A DNA stretch of 64,000 bases, taken from positions 8,822-72,821 of the forward strand of contig CAYPRX010000006.1 of the NCBI GenBank assembly GCA_964413265.1. The letters are read 5' to 3'. The translations under genes and the position numbers were made by a program. The notes below the pieces were generated by a model. It was not told the DNA's origin. It did not search any database and saw only the letters and a program-made list of their open reading frames with translations. This document shows, one piece after another, positions 37,946 to 47,084 of this stretch (position 1 is the first letter of the stretch; the number at the start of each line of letters is the position of its first letter). Origin of the DNA: an uncultured Brevinematales bacterium (GTDB lineage Bacteria > Spirochaetota > Brevinematia > Brevinematales > JAOACQ01).

Positions 37946-39289
37946 TCAGCAGTTAAATTTAAAATTTTCAAGGAAATTTGTCGAGTACATGCCCTTCAGA
38001 AAATCCGGGCTTTCAAGTAGTTTTTCATAAAAAGGAATGGTCGTTTTTATGCCTGATGCCCTGAATTCCTGCAGGGCCCTTTTCATTCTGGCAATTGCCT
38101 CTTCCCTGTTCCTTCCCCAAACAATGACCTTTGCAAGCAGAGAATCATAGAATTTAGGAATTTCATAACCGGAGTAGCAATGTGTATCCACTCTGATCCC
38201 CGGCCCTCCGGGTAAATGAAAATCCTGGATTACACCTGGAGTCGGCATGAAATTCATGTAGGGATCTTCCGCATTAATGCGGCATTCTATGGCATTGCCC
38301 TTGAATTCCACATCTTCCTGCTTGAACGACAGCCTTTCGCCCATAGCAGTCCTTATCTGCTCTTTAACTATATCAATGCTGGTCCTCATTTCCGTAACAG
38401 GGTGTTCAACCTGGATCCTTGTATTAACTTCCATAAAGTAGAATTTACCGTCGGTATCATAAAGGAATTCCATTGTACCGGCACCTGAATAGCCGACCTT
38501 TTTAACACCCTTCTTGACAGCCTCACCCATCTTCTCCCGTACATCGGCCGAAAGGCTCGGGCTTGGAGATTCCTCGACCAGCTTCTGATGCCTTCTCTGT
38601 ATCGAGCAGTCTCTTTCTCCCAGGTGTACTACATTTCCATAATTGTCCGCCAGGAATTGAATCTCTATATGTCTGGGTTCCCTCAGAAACTTTTCCACGT
38701 AGACATCTGGATTTCCGAAAGCTGACTTAGCTTCAGCCTGGGCGATGGGTATTATATTGGCAAGTTCCTCATCAGACCATGCGACCCTCATCCCCTTTCC
38801 GCCTCCTCCGGCAACCGCTTTGACTATTACCGGATAGCCTGCTTTGGAGGCGAATTCAAGCGGCTCGCGGGTATCCGTAATAATGTCAGTTCCGGGAGTT
38901 ATCGGGACCCCGATCTCCTTCATGGTATTCCTTGCATATGCCTTGTTGCCGAGCAGGTCTATGACTTCGGCAGAAGGCCCTATGAAGGTGATTTTGTGAT
39001 CCTTGCATATCCCTGAAAATTTGGGGTTCTCCGCCAGGAAACCATAGCCAGGATGTATGGCGTCGGCCCCGGTAATCTCTGCTGCACTGATGACGGCAAG
39101 TATATTTAAATAACTTTCGCTGGAAAGCGCCGGGCCAATGCAGACATCCTGATCCGACAGCTGGGTATGGAGGCATTGCTCGTCAGCCTCGGAGTGAACA
39201 GATACAGTCGGTATTCCCAGTTCCTTAGCTGCACGGATAATCCTGACAGCTATTTCACCCCTGTTTGCAATCAGTATTTTTCTAAACAT
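37946..39289 (-). CDS. accC: acetyl-CoA carboxylase biotin carboxylase subunit
   Basis: 447 aa. Signatures: MFRKILIANRGEIA, GGGGKGMRV, EVNTRIQVEHPVTE and AIECRINAEDP. Confidence 0.95.
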   Translation of the reverse strand: MFRKILIANRGEIAVRIIRAAKELGIPTVSVHSEADEQCLHTQLSDQDVCIGPALSSESYLNILAVISAAEITGADAIHPGYGFLAENPKFSGICKDHKITFIGPSAEVIDLLGNKAYARNTMKEIGVPITPGTDIITDTREPLEFASKAGYPVIVKAVAGGGGKGMRVAWSDEELANIIPIAQAEAKSAFGNPDVYVEKFLREPRHIEIQFLADNYGNVVHLGERDCSIQRRHQKLVEESPSPSLSADVREKMGEAVKKGVKKVGYSGAGTMEFLYDTDGKFYFMEVNTRIQVEHPVTEMRTSIDIVKEQIRTAMGERLSFKQEDVEFKGNAIECRINAEDPYMNFMPTPGVIQDFHLPGGPGIRVDTHCYSGYEIPKFYDSLLAKVIVWGRNREEAIARMKRALQEFRASGIKTTIPFYEKLLESPDFLKGMYSTNFLENFKFNC

Positions 39290-39301
39290 TATTATTCTCC
39301 A

Positions 39302-39736
39302 TTAATGCTCAATTTCAAAGCGCATAACAGGCTGTCCGTATTCAATGGGCTGACCCTCCTCAACCAGAACTTCTTTCACTTTGCCGTTTACCTCAGACGT
39401 GATATCCTGAAGAACACCCAGCACCCGTACATGCCCGACAATGTCTCCCTTTTTAACAACATCCCTTAACTTAATATAATTCTCGCCAGTTTTGGAGTTG
39501 AGCCTTGTAAAAAATCCAATCCATTTTGAGTGAAGTTCATAAATTCCGGGATCGGCAGGTGATGGGTCGGCTGCTTTCGGCGGAGCAGGCGGCTTCACCC
39601 GGTTTGTTCTGAGCTTTTTTTTCGCATGTGAGATCGTCATCCTGAGAGCGTCTTTGCCATGACGAATTTCTATCTCGCCTATATCGCTCCCTGAAAATAT
39701 ATTCTGAATCTTTTTAATGTCCTTGATATCTATCAT
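39302..39736 (-). CDS. accB: biotin carboxyl carrier protein-like (AccB fold) lacking the canonical biotinyl-lysine
   Basis: 144 aa. It has the AccB-like N-region, a Pro/Ala linker (PPAPPKAADPSPADP) and a C-terminal biotinyl-domain fold ending GQPIEYGQPVMRFE. The E-A-M-K-M position reads R-V-L-G-V. Confidence 0.8.
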   Translation of the reverse strand: MIDIKDIKKIQNIFSGSDIGEIEIRHGKDALRMTISHAKKKLRTNRVKPPAPPKAADPSPADPGIYELHSKWIGFFTRLNSKTGENYIKLRDVVKKGDIVGHVRVLGVLQDITSEVNGKVKEVLVEEGQPIEYGQPVMRFEIEH

Positions 39737-39745
39737 AACACCCCC

Positions 39746-40306
39746 CTACTTGACCCTTTCTATGTATCTGTCATCCCTTGTATCTATCCTGATCTTCTCG
39801 CCTTTTCCGACAAAAAGAGGCACCTGCACAACTGCCCCTGTTTCAAGTGTAGCCGGCTTCGACCCTCCGCTTACCGTATCACCCCGCAGGCCGGGGTCTG
39901 TTTCAGTTATAAAAAGATCTACGAACATTGGCGGCTCCACGCTGATTATCTCATCTTTATAGATGGAAAGTGTGCATGCCATCTCGTTTTTCAGATATTT
40001 CGCAGCTTCTCCCACAATATCCTCCGGAACTGAATACTGCTCATATGTCTCATTATCCATGAAAAGAAAATGGTCATCTTCCTTATAAAGGAGCTGTGCT
40101 TCCTTGCTTTCCACGAAAACGTCCTCAAGGGACTCGCCTGCACGGAAGGTTTTCTCAATCACCGTATCCTTTATAATGTTCCTCAGCTTTGTTCTTACTA
40201 TAGCGCCACCCTTGCCGGGTTTGTGATGCTGATACCAAAGTACTGAATAAAGTTCACCGTCTATTTTAAGAACTAACCCTTTTTTTAAAACGTTAGACGA
40301 AACCAT
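39746..40306 (-). CDS. efp: translation elongation factor P
   Basis: 186 aa. Signatures: the HHKPGKGGAIVRTKLRN loop with the conserved Lys, three OB/KOW-like domains, and GDTVSGG.KPA.LETGA.V.VP.F. Confidence 0.95.
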   Translation of the reverse strand: MVSSNVLKKGLVLKIDGELYSVLWYQHHKPGKGGAIVRTKLRNIIKDTVIEKTFRAGESLEDVFVESKEAQLLYKEDDHFLFMDNETYEQYSVPEDIVGEAAKYLKNEMACTLSIYKDEIISVEPPMFVDLFITETDPGLRGDTVSGGSKPATLETGAVVQVPLFVGKGEKIRIDTRDDRYIERVK

Positions 40307-40317
40307 ATGTCCTCCAA

Positions 40318-41397
40318 TTATAGTTCATACCTGGAGGCTGTCAAGACATCGCATCCTTTTTTTTTCACGAGAACCATATCCTCAAGCCTGATTCCGCCCT
40401 TCCCCGGGAGATAAATACCCGGCTCTACTGTGATGATCATTCCCTCCGCCAGGACCGATTCTTCGCTTTCTGACAACGCGGGGGCTTCATGTACCTGAAG
40501 TCCCACCCCATGCCCTGTCGAGTGAGGAAAAAATTCTCCGTATCCAGCGTCCCTTATCACACCTGCCGCTGCTTCATGCACTTCTCCGCTTTTTACGCCG
40601 TCACTGACCAAAGACTCGGATTTCTTAAGGGCTTCCAGAACAACTCTGTGGATCTCCTGTATTTTCGGGTCGATTATTTTACCTAAATAATAGCATCTTG
40701 TAAAGTCTGAGCAGTATCCATCTTTTTTTATCCCGAAATCAAGAAGGATAATTTCATCATTTGAAATTAATTTAGAGCTCGCAGTTCCATGCGGCAATGC
40801 GCTCCTGGGGCCAGATGCCACGATCGTTTCAAATGAAGGAGCCTTTGCTCCCTGTTTTATGAGGTAGAACTCGATTTCTGCGGCTATTTCCTTTTCACTA
40901 AGTCCCTCTCTTATCAGAGGAAGTGCCATATGGTAACCAAGCTCTGTGATCATAAGATTATTCCTGATAATCTCGATCTCGTATTCGTCCTTGCATAGTC
41001 GAAGGTCTTTTATTATCGAGCTGTTCCTGATTTCTATTTCTGCAGGTTCAAGGATCTTTTTAATCTCTTCTGCAAACTCAAGGCTTATCTCCCTTTTTGA
41101 GAGAAGGAGAACCGAGATCCTAAGATCTTCTATCAGCGATTTAAGAAGTGCCATCAGCCTTTTTCCCGGCTTCACCTCTTCTACGTTAACCTCAACCCTT
41201 TTTTCTATCCTGAACTGCTCAATGTAGCGGCCGTCAGTTATAAAGTAGGCTCCTCCCTGAACAATGAAAAGGCTCGAATCATCCCCCGTGAACCCTGTCA
41301 GATAGTAAACCTCTTCAGGGACATTGACATAAATCGCCTCTCCCTCCTTTATGCTTTCCATTATCTTTGAAAGGCGGATGCTAAAATAATTACGCAT
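40318..41397 (-). CDS. Xaa-Pro aminopeptidase / M24B family peptidase
   Basis: 359 aa with a creatinase-like N-domain. The pita-bread domain has the metal ligands DFG...DFTR, HSTGHGVGL.VHE, and EPG...IRLED. Confidence 0.85.
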   Translation of the reverse strand: MRNYFSIRLSKIMESIKEGEAIYVNVPEEVYYLTGFTGDDSSLFIVQGGAYFITDGRYIEQFRIEKRVEVNVEEVKPGKRLMALLKSLIEDLRISVLLLSKREISLEFAEEIKKILEPAEIEIRNSSIIKDLRLCKDEYEIEIIRNNLMITELGYHMALPLIREGLSEKEIAAEIEFYLIKQGAKAPSFETIVASGPRSALPHGTASSKLISNDEIILLDFGIKKDGYCSDFTRCYYLGKIIDPKIQEIHRVVLEALKKSESLVSDGVKSGEVHEAAAGVIRDAGYGEFFPHSTGHGVGLQVHEAPALSESEESVLAEGMIITVEPGIYLPGKGGIRLEDMVLVKKKGCDVLTASRYEL

Positions 41398-41401
41398 GAT
41401 T

Positions 41402-42649
41402 CTACTCTCCGGAAGGGATCATATCATTGGAAAGGCTTTCTTCCTCGTCTGAGAGCTTTTCTTCAAAATGCTTGATATCGGAGTCTATGTCCTTCAGAAA
41501 GGTGCTGTTGGTAATGAAAGTGTTCTTGAAAATTCCCATCAAAATCTCATATTTAATGCTGACTTTATCGATAATTCCGTCCAGGCTCCCTATTTCGTTC
41601 AAGAGTTTTGCCTCGCTGGAGGAAACCGGATGGGTTGTATTAGTAACTGCATTAATATAGTTCGTAACAACATTAGTCATTGAATTTAACTGTGTGTTAG
41701 TGATAACATTAGTGATGACAACTGTGGATACCTGTACTTCAGGAGTTTTTATAGCCGCTGGAGCAACAGGCTCTACAGTATTGGAAACCGGCATGGCTGA
41801 AGACTCCGATACAGAAGCCTTTGACCGGCTGAAAGGCCCGTAAACACCGTACAGCAGCGTAATACTATTCGTAACTCCCCTTGAGAGCTTAAGCGGGCTA
41901 TAAAAAATTCCGACGGCACTATCATACTGAGGAGTGCCAAGCCTCCTGAAGTCCCTTGAGGAGTCTATATTAAAGTCCCATCTGTTCTCGTTAAATCTTT
42001 CCCATGATGCGAAGATGATCCTGACCGGTAATGTCGAATTTTCTATAGTTTCCTGTGCCCTTACAACAGGATTATTATAATTGTCACAGGAATACCAGTA
42101 TGCCGGTATAGAATCCTTGTACAGCAGAGTCTCCCTGCTTATATCGCCTGTTCCGGCTATGCTGTACATTTTAGGCTCCGAGCTCCCCAGAAACGTATCA
42201 AGGACAACCCTTGTCTCAACCGTCGCTTCTTGAGTACCGCTGTAAATATAAGAAAATGTTAATTTCATTGTATCCGGAGCCCCAGAAGAAATTCCGGCAA
42301 CTATTCCAGCAGATTGGATTACCGTGAGGTCCTGCAACACCCACTCTGAAATGATATTTTCGCCACTGATAAAGGGCTTTTGTTTGAAAAAGCCGCTTTC
42401 ACTCCCGTAAATACTGTACTGACCGTTGTAAGATATTGTCATGAAAGATGTCAGCGGAAGATACGGATATAGTATAGGCCTGTAATTAAATAAGTTGGTA
42501 TTGGTACCGGAAATTGCTTCATCCATAGTTAACCTTGCAGAATCGTAATCTTCAGAGATTATAACGTACCTGTTCGAAAGCTTTACCCAGCCTCCGTAAA
42601 GGCATCCGGCTAAAGCAAAAAATATAAAAAATAAAACTGTAAATCTCAT
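41402..42649 (-). CDS. secreted hypothetical protein with Thr/Asn/Val-rich repeat segment and acidic C-terminus
   Basis: 415 aa with a signal peptide (MRFTVLFFIFFALAGC, possible lipobox). Residues ~305-345 read VVITNVITNTQLNSMTNVVTNYINAVTNTT. The start overlaps the upstream TPR gene by 4 nt. Confidence 0.5.
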   Translation of the reverse strand: MRFTVLFFIFFALAGCLYGGWVKLSNRYVIISEDYDSARLTMDEAISGTNTNLFNYRPILYPYLPLTSFMTISYNGQYSIYGSESGFFKQKPFISGENIISEWVLQDLTVIQSAGIVAGISSGAPDTMKLTFSYIYSGTQEATVETRVVLDTFLGSSEPKMYSIAGTGDISRETLLYKDSIPAYWYSCDNYNNPVVRAQETIENSTLPVRIIFASWERFNENRWDFNIDSSRDFRRLGTPQYDSAVGIFYSPLKLSRGVTNSITLLYGVYGPFSRSKASVSESSAMPVSNTVEPVAPAAIKTPEVQVSTVVITNVITNTQLNSMTNVVTNYINAVTNTTHPVSSSEAKLLNEIGSLDGIIDKVSIKYEILMGIFKNTFITNSTFLKDIDSDIKHFEEKLSDEEESLSNDMIPSGE

Positions 42650-43446
42650 TTTGAAAAACCCTGCTCAGTCCAATTCTGCTCTTTAAGCCTTGAGAGTGCA
42701 TCGACCCTTGCAGCCTTTATCTCAAGCAGTCTCTGCTTTATTGCAAGCAGCCGCGATATCCTTTCCAGAATAGCTTTCTCCATCTCGAAATTAACGTTTT
42801 CAGTGTTATTTGTAATATTAATCAAAATATTATTTGTTTCAAAAGTGTTTGTAACCTGTTTCTCATTTAAATTCTCAAGAATTGAAATGGAATTCCTGGA
42901 CTCAAAGGTTAAATCGCTCTCCATATAATTATTAAGAATGAACTTGTAAAACGAAATTGCCTTGAAATAATCACCTTTACCAGCATAAGCCCTCGCCATC
43001 CAGTAATATGCATGATCTTCCAGTCTGTCCATTCCTCCATAGTGACTTAAGTAGTCTTCCAGGATTGCAATACCCTCATTAAGCCTCCCTGATATGATGA
43101 GGGTTCTCCCGAGTTTGTAAAGGTCCCTTGGATAGATATCCTCTTCGTAATATAATCCGGCTACGGTCTTATAAAAGTCTACAGCTCTCTCATAATCCTG
43201 CCTGATAAAGGCTATTTCCCCCAGAAAATAATACGATTTAGCAGTATAAGGGTCAAAAAGTGAATTTCTCGGCAGGCTCATTCCGATTATTCTTCTGAAA
43301 TTGTCCCCTGCTTTTTTAAGATCTCTGCCGGTAAAAGATGTCATTCCATCCAGATAAATTTTCCTTACCTGACCGATTTCCTGTGAGTTTCCCGCCGATG
43401 CCGTCCACAAGACAAATAATATCATGAATCCTGAAAGCCTAGACAT
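42646..43446 (-). CDS. secreted TPR-repeat protein
   Basis: 266 aa with a signal peptide and several TPR-like units (YYFLGEIAFIRQDYERAVDFYK; YYWMARAYAGKGDYFKAISFYK). It overlaps the aroQ 3' end by 8 nt. Confidence 0.6.
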   Translation of the reverse strand: MSRLSGFMILFVLWTASAGNSQEIGQVRKIYLDGMTSFTGRDLKKAGDNFRRIIGMSLPRNSLFDPYTAKSYYFLGEIAFIRQDYERAVDFYKTVAGLYYEEDIYPRDLYKLGRTLIISGRLNEGIAILEDYLSHYGGMDRLEDHAYYWMARAYAGKGDYFKAISFYKFILNNYMESDLTFESRNSISILENLNEKQVTNTFETNNILINITNNTENVNFEMEKAILERISRLLAIKQRLLEIKAARVDALSRLKEQNWTEQGFSK

Positions 43447-43888
43447 TATTTCCTCTCTTTAAAAATTCAGCCATAGCTTCCAGTGCCAGTTCATAGGAGT
43501 ACGCTCCGAACCCTGAAATTATGCCCAAAGCTATCCCTGACAGGTATGAGACCGTCCTGAACTCTTCCCTGGCGAAAATATTCGACATATGCACTTCCAC
43601 AAAAGGTATCTTTACCGATAGTATTGCATCCCTGATCGCAATTGAGGTATGGGTATAAGCACCTGCATTAATGACAAGCCCCGCCGCATCCTTACCCTCA
43701 GCCTGTATAAAACCAACTATTTCCCCTTCACTGTTCGACTGAAATTTTTTCAGGGAGAAGCCAAGTTTTTCCGCCTTTTTCGTCATGTGGTTTTCTATTT
43801 CAGTTAAATTTGTATGCCCGTATTTAGCGACTTCCCTTATCCCCAGCATATTAAGATTTGGTCCGTTGACAAAGAGAATGATATCCAT
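43439..43888 (-). CDS. aroQ: type II 3-dehydroquinate dehydratase
   Basis: 149 aa. Signatures: ILFVNGPNLNMLGIRE...YG, NAGAYTHTSIAIRDA and EVHMSNI. Confidence 0.9.
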   Translation of the reverse strand: MDIILFVNGPNLNMLGIREVAKYGHTNLTEIENHMTKKAEKLGFSLKKFQSNSEGEIVGFIQAEGKDAAGLVINAGAYTHTSIAIRDAILSVKIPFVEVHMSNIFAREEFRTVSYLSGIALGIISGFGAYSYELALEAMAEFLKRGNNV

Positions 43889-43913
43889 AATAAACCCCCG
43901 GTGTGTGCTTCTG

Positions 43914-44759
43914 CTAATTTTTCAAGGCATAGTTATCTTTTTTTTCTACAGTGATCCACTCGGGATTAAAATCTAAATCCCTGTTAAGGCAGTAAATAGC
44001 CTTTACCCTTACATGAAAGGCTTCCGATATTTTTACAAGTCTGGTTTTGTCTGAAGTCGATGAGATCATGTAATTATCCTCCGAACTGTTATCAAGTTCC
44101 GGCAAGGCTGTTCTTTCGAGGCTGTCAAAATTCATATAAATGAGTATGATATTGGCGCTTTTATATCTCAGGACAAAAAAACCATCCCTGGACAGAGAAA
44201 AATCAACTCCCCTTATAGACATATCGAATAAAGGTACCAGAACTGTGGAACTCAATATTTTTTTATTTTTCGTATAATAAGCGATGAATTCATCCTCCCC
44301 CACAGAGGGTTCCTTAGACAGAAGGATCAGGAAATGAGGGCTTCTGCTTAGTGTAAATTGGGAATTTATGCTTACTATTGCAAAATCATACCTGTAATTA
44401 TCCCCATATGGAGGAGTTTTTATGTATGACTTATCCAAGAAATTATCCGAGGGGATATTTACCCTGAACTGGTAGACAGCGCTCTCCTCCAGACCTCTGA
44501 ACACCATTTTGTGGAAAGAGGAAGGTTTAGGATCAGTGCGCAGCCAGTCTATATTCCCAACCATGGAAAACAGGATTGAAGTGGGTCTCTCTTCTTCTGT
44601 AAAATAGTTTATTGAAACGGAGTTCATGCTCTTATCGGCAGGAAGGAAAAAAGGACCGAATTCATGCGAAACTGTATCGGTCCTTACTGTATTTTTAGGC
44701 TCCTGAACACAGCCTGACAGGGCCACCACCATTATAAGAATAGATATTCTAATTTTCAT
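43914..44759 (-). CDS. hypothetical lipoprotein
   Basis: 281 aa with the lipobox VALSGC. The N-terminal part vaguely resembles the FN3-like N-domain of purple acid phosphatases (FRGLEESAVYQFRV), but no metallophosphatase motifs are seen. Confidence 0.45.
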   Translation of the reverse strand: MKIRISILIMVVALSGCVQEPKNTVRTDTVSHEFGPFFLPADKSMNSVSINYFTEEERPTSILFSMVGNIDWLRTDPKPSSFHKMVFRGLEESAVYQFRVNIPSDNFLDKSYIKTPPYGDNYRYDFAIVSINSQFTLSRSPHFLILLSKEPSVGEDEFIAYYTKNKKILSSTVLVPLFDMSIRGVDFSLSRDGFFVLRYKSANIILIYMNFDSLERTALPELDNSSEDNYMISSTSDKTRLVKISEAFHVRVKAIYCLNRDLDFNPEWITVEKKDNYALKN

Positions 44760-44803
44760 TCCATTAACCTTCCTTTATTTATCGGAAAAGGAAGGATACG
44801 GCT

Positions 44804-45511
44804 TTATTTAACTGTATTGTTTAATGCTGCCTGTAAAACGGGCAAAACCGCTCTGAAATATAAGAGGGTCCCGTTTTCATATTTATAGGCAGTAAAAATA
44901 AATCCGTTTTTTATAAATAAGTCATGCAGTTCTTCCTCAGAATAGAGATTTCCGATTATGCGGGATCCTGTTTCATTCCTTTCAGGAACAGGGACACTTG
45001 CAAAGAAAATCCCGCCTTTTTTGAGTACCCTTCTCATTTCCAGGAGTACCATTTCAAGGTCTGAAAAGAAGTTCAGTGAAAGGTTGCATATGCATAAATC
45101 GAACACTTTATCAATGAATGGTAGAAACTCGGCATTGGTCAGATAAAACTCAGCTTCCCTGAACCCGGCTTTTTTGAACTTTTTTAAGGCTATTTTTAGC
45201 AGACCCTTGCTTATATCGATACCATAGTAAGAATTATCATTACTCAATATATTTGCAATGCTGCCGCTTCCTGTGGCAAGCTCAAGGACCCTCTTTTTAT
45301 GGAATCCTCCAAGTTCATGCGCCAGGAATTCATAATGTTTATCCATGGAAGCATTGAATTTCTTCGGGAAAACCGATTTCTTCATAATTCCGTCATACAG
45401 GGAAGAAAAAAAATCCCCGATCCATGGCTGGGGGTTTTCCTGGCCACCATCGAGAAATAAATAATTGATCCCTTTTTTCTTTATAATTACGATTCCATCC
45501 TTTATCACCAT
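44804..45511 (-). CDS. class I SAM-dependent methyltransferase (Methyltransf_11/UbiE-like)
   Basis: 235 aa. Signatures: motif I VLELATGSGS, post-I YGIDIS and FDLCICNLSLNFF. Confidence 0.75.
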   Translation of the reverse strand: MVIKDGIVIIKKKGINYLFLDGGQENPQPWIGDFFSSLYDGIMKKSVFPKKFNASMDKHYEFLAHELGGFHKKRVLELATGSGSIANILSNDNSYYGIDISKGLLKIALKKFKKAGFREAEFYLTNAEFLPFIDKVFDLCICNLSLNFFSDLEMVLLEMRRVLKKGGIFFASVPVPERNETGSRIIGNLYSEEELHDLFIKNGFIFTAYKYENGTLLYFRAVLPVLQAALNNTVK

Positions 45512-45560
45512 GGACCTCCTTTATAACCAGAGACGTATAAAAGGGACATTTATTGCCTGA

Positions 45561-46943
45561 TTAAAAATCCTCTACCAGGTAGGGGCTCTGAGCATCCGCC
45601 ATTTCCGAAGTATATGTAAAGGCTTTTTTCACCATTAAATCCTTTGAAATCTCAAGACAGGTAAATGATGAGGGTACGAATCTGTAATTAATTGATGAGT
45701 CCCTTAAAACACCATTGAAATTTATTTTCACATCCTGATATGATTCTGAGCTCCAGTTAACACAGAAGACGCTGACATTGCCGTATTCGTCCCTGTAGAT
45801 ATAAATTCTCGCTTTTTCATTGATCTTATGAATGAATATCATATACTCCTTAATGTGATTCGAAAAAAGCAGGTATGTATAGTACGAAGGTGTGACTTTA
45901 TGAGAGCCGGCCTTAGCCTTAATAAAGCCCAGTCTCCACCCCTCAGAAATGCTCCAGGGCATGACCGAGAGCAGATTAGGCTCAGAGCTCGACACACCAA
46001 TATTGTCTGCGACCCACAGCGCTGCATTGAAAGTCCCCGGCATAGCGGATGAAGCTGCTTTCGACACATCACCGTCGGCCGATGAATTCATCTCGCCTAT
46101 AATAAGGGGAATGCCCGGCGCATAAGGATCTGTTAAAGTCCTTATTCCTGAATAAAAATTTCTAAGATCGTCATATTCTTTTATTGCAGCGTCATACGTT
46201 GCGGCTGTTACCGGCCAGTAACCGTATCTATGAAGCGAAAGAATATCCATATAGGGAAAGCATTTTGAAATGAAAGGCCTAACCCATTCTCTGTATTTCC
46301 AGCCAAGTTCAAGTCCGACAATTTTTATTCCCGGAAATTCTCTCTTCACTGCAGCGGAAATATTCGTAAAATTATCTATATAATCATTAATATTAAAATA
46401 TTCAAGTTTTTCGGAAACTTCAAGACCGGGATGGCTCTTATTAAGAGATTTATAGCCGTCAGGCTCATTTCCAATGCTGACATATGGTAGCGAATAACCC
46501 ATGCTGATAAATTCCCTTATCAGGTTGGTCGCCCTTGTTATCCTTTCTTCGACTGTGCCTCTGCTTGCTACTGGTACCTGGAGAAGCGGCTGTGCTCCGA
46601 TGGCTTTGCAATAATTCCCGAAACGGGCCAGGAATAATCCGGACAATTCCTGAGGTTTCTCCGTGTCATTATTAATCCCCCCCGCCCTGAGAATCGCAAT
46701 CTTCAAAGGCCTGACCAGGGTTTCTGTATTGCTGACGCTGTATCCAAATTTATCAACCCAGTTCCAGTAATTAAAGCCGAACAGAAGGGGGCTCACCTTC
46801 CTGGCAAATGAAGCGTTGACATCTATCTCTGTCCTGACAGCATTACCGGCAGCGGGCTTAGTTACTCCGGTACATGATGGAATTACCGTTAATGCGGCCA
46901 GTACAGCCCATACGGTTATGGCATCAAGTGTTTTTCTTTTCAA
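45561..46943 (-). CDS. secreted/lipoprotein glycoside hydrolase, clan GH-A (TIM barrel) with C-terminal beta-sandwich
   Basis: 460 aa with the signal/lipobox VIPSC. It has the candidate acid/base SIGNEPDGY and the candidate nucleophile IIGEMNSS, in the spacing typical of clan A retaining hydrolases. The family is not assigned. Confidence 0.6.
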   Translation of the reverse strand: MKRKTLDAITVWAVLAALTVIPSCTGVTKPAAGNAVRTEIDVNASFARKVSPLLFGFNYWNWVDKFGYSVSNTETLVRPLKIAILRAGGINNDTEKPQELSGLFLARFGNYCKAIGAQPLLQVPVASRGTVEERITRATNLIREFISMGYSLPYVSIGNEPDGYKSLNKSHPGLEVSEKLEYFNINDYIDNFTNISAAVKREFPGIKIVGLELGWKYREWVRPFISKCFPYMDILSLHRYGYWPVTAATYDAAIKEYDDLRNFYSGIRTLTDPYAPGIPLIIGEMNSSADGDVSKAASSAMPGTFNAALWVADNIGVSSSEPNLLSVMPWSISEGWRLGFIKAKAGSHKVTPSYYTYLLFSNHIKEYMIFIHKINEKARIYIYRDEYGNVSVFCVNWSSESYQDVKINFNGVLRDSSINYRFVPSSFTCLEISKDLMVKKAFTYTSEMADAQSPYLVEDF

Positions 46944-47084
46944 ATCTTCCTCCTCGAGACAAAAAATTAATAATATTATATACTATACAGTGGATTTATC
47001 AAAATGGAGGAGGCAATTTTAACCCTTAAACTATTGTCCGTCTGATGCCGATTATAAATCATAAATTATCACAAGGAGGCTTCG

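Noticed and set aside
40357-40365. T9/A9 homopolymer inside the pepP 3' end, and a second T9 at 63729..63737 inside the membrane-protein gene, considered as phase-variation tracts
   Set aside because: Both simply encode Lys-Lys-Lys in AT-rich coding sequence. Poly-A tracts of this length are common, and nothing in a single sequence shows length variation.
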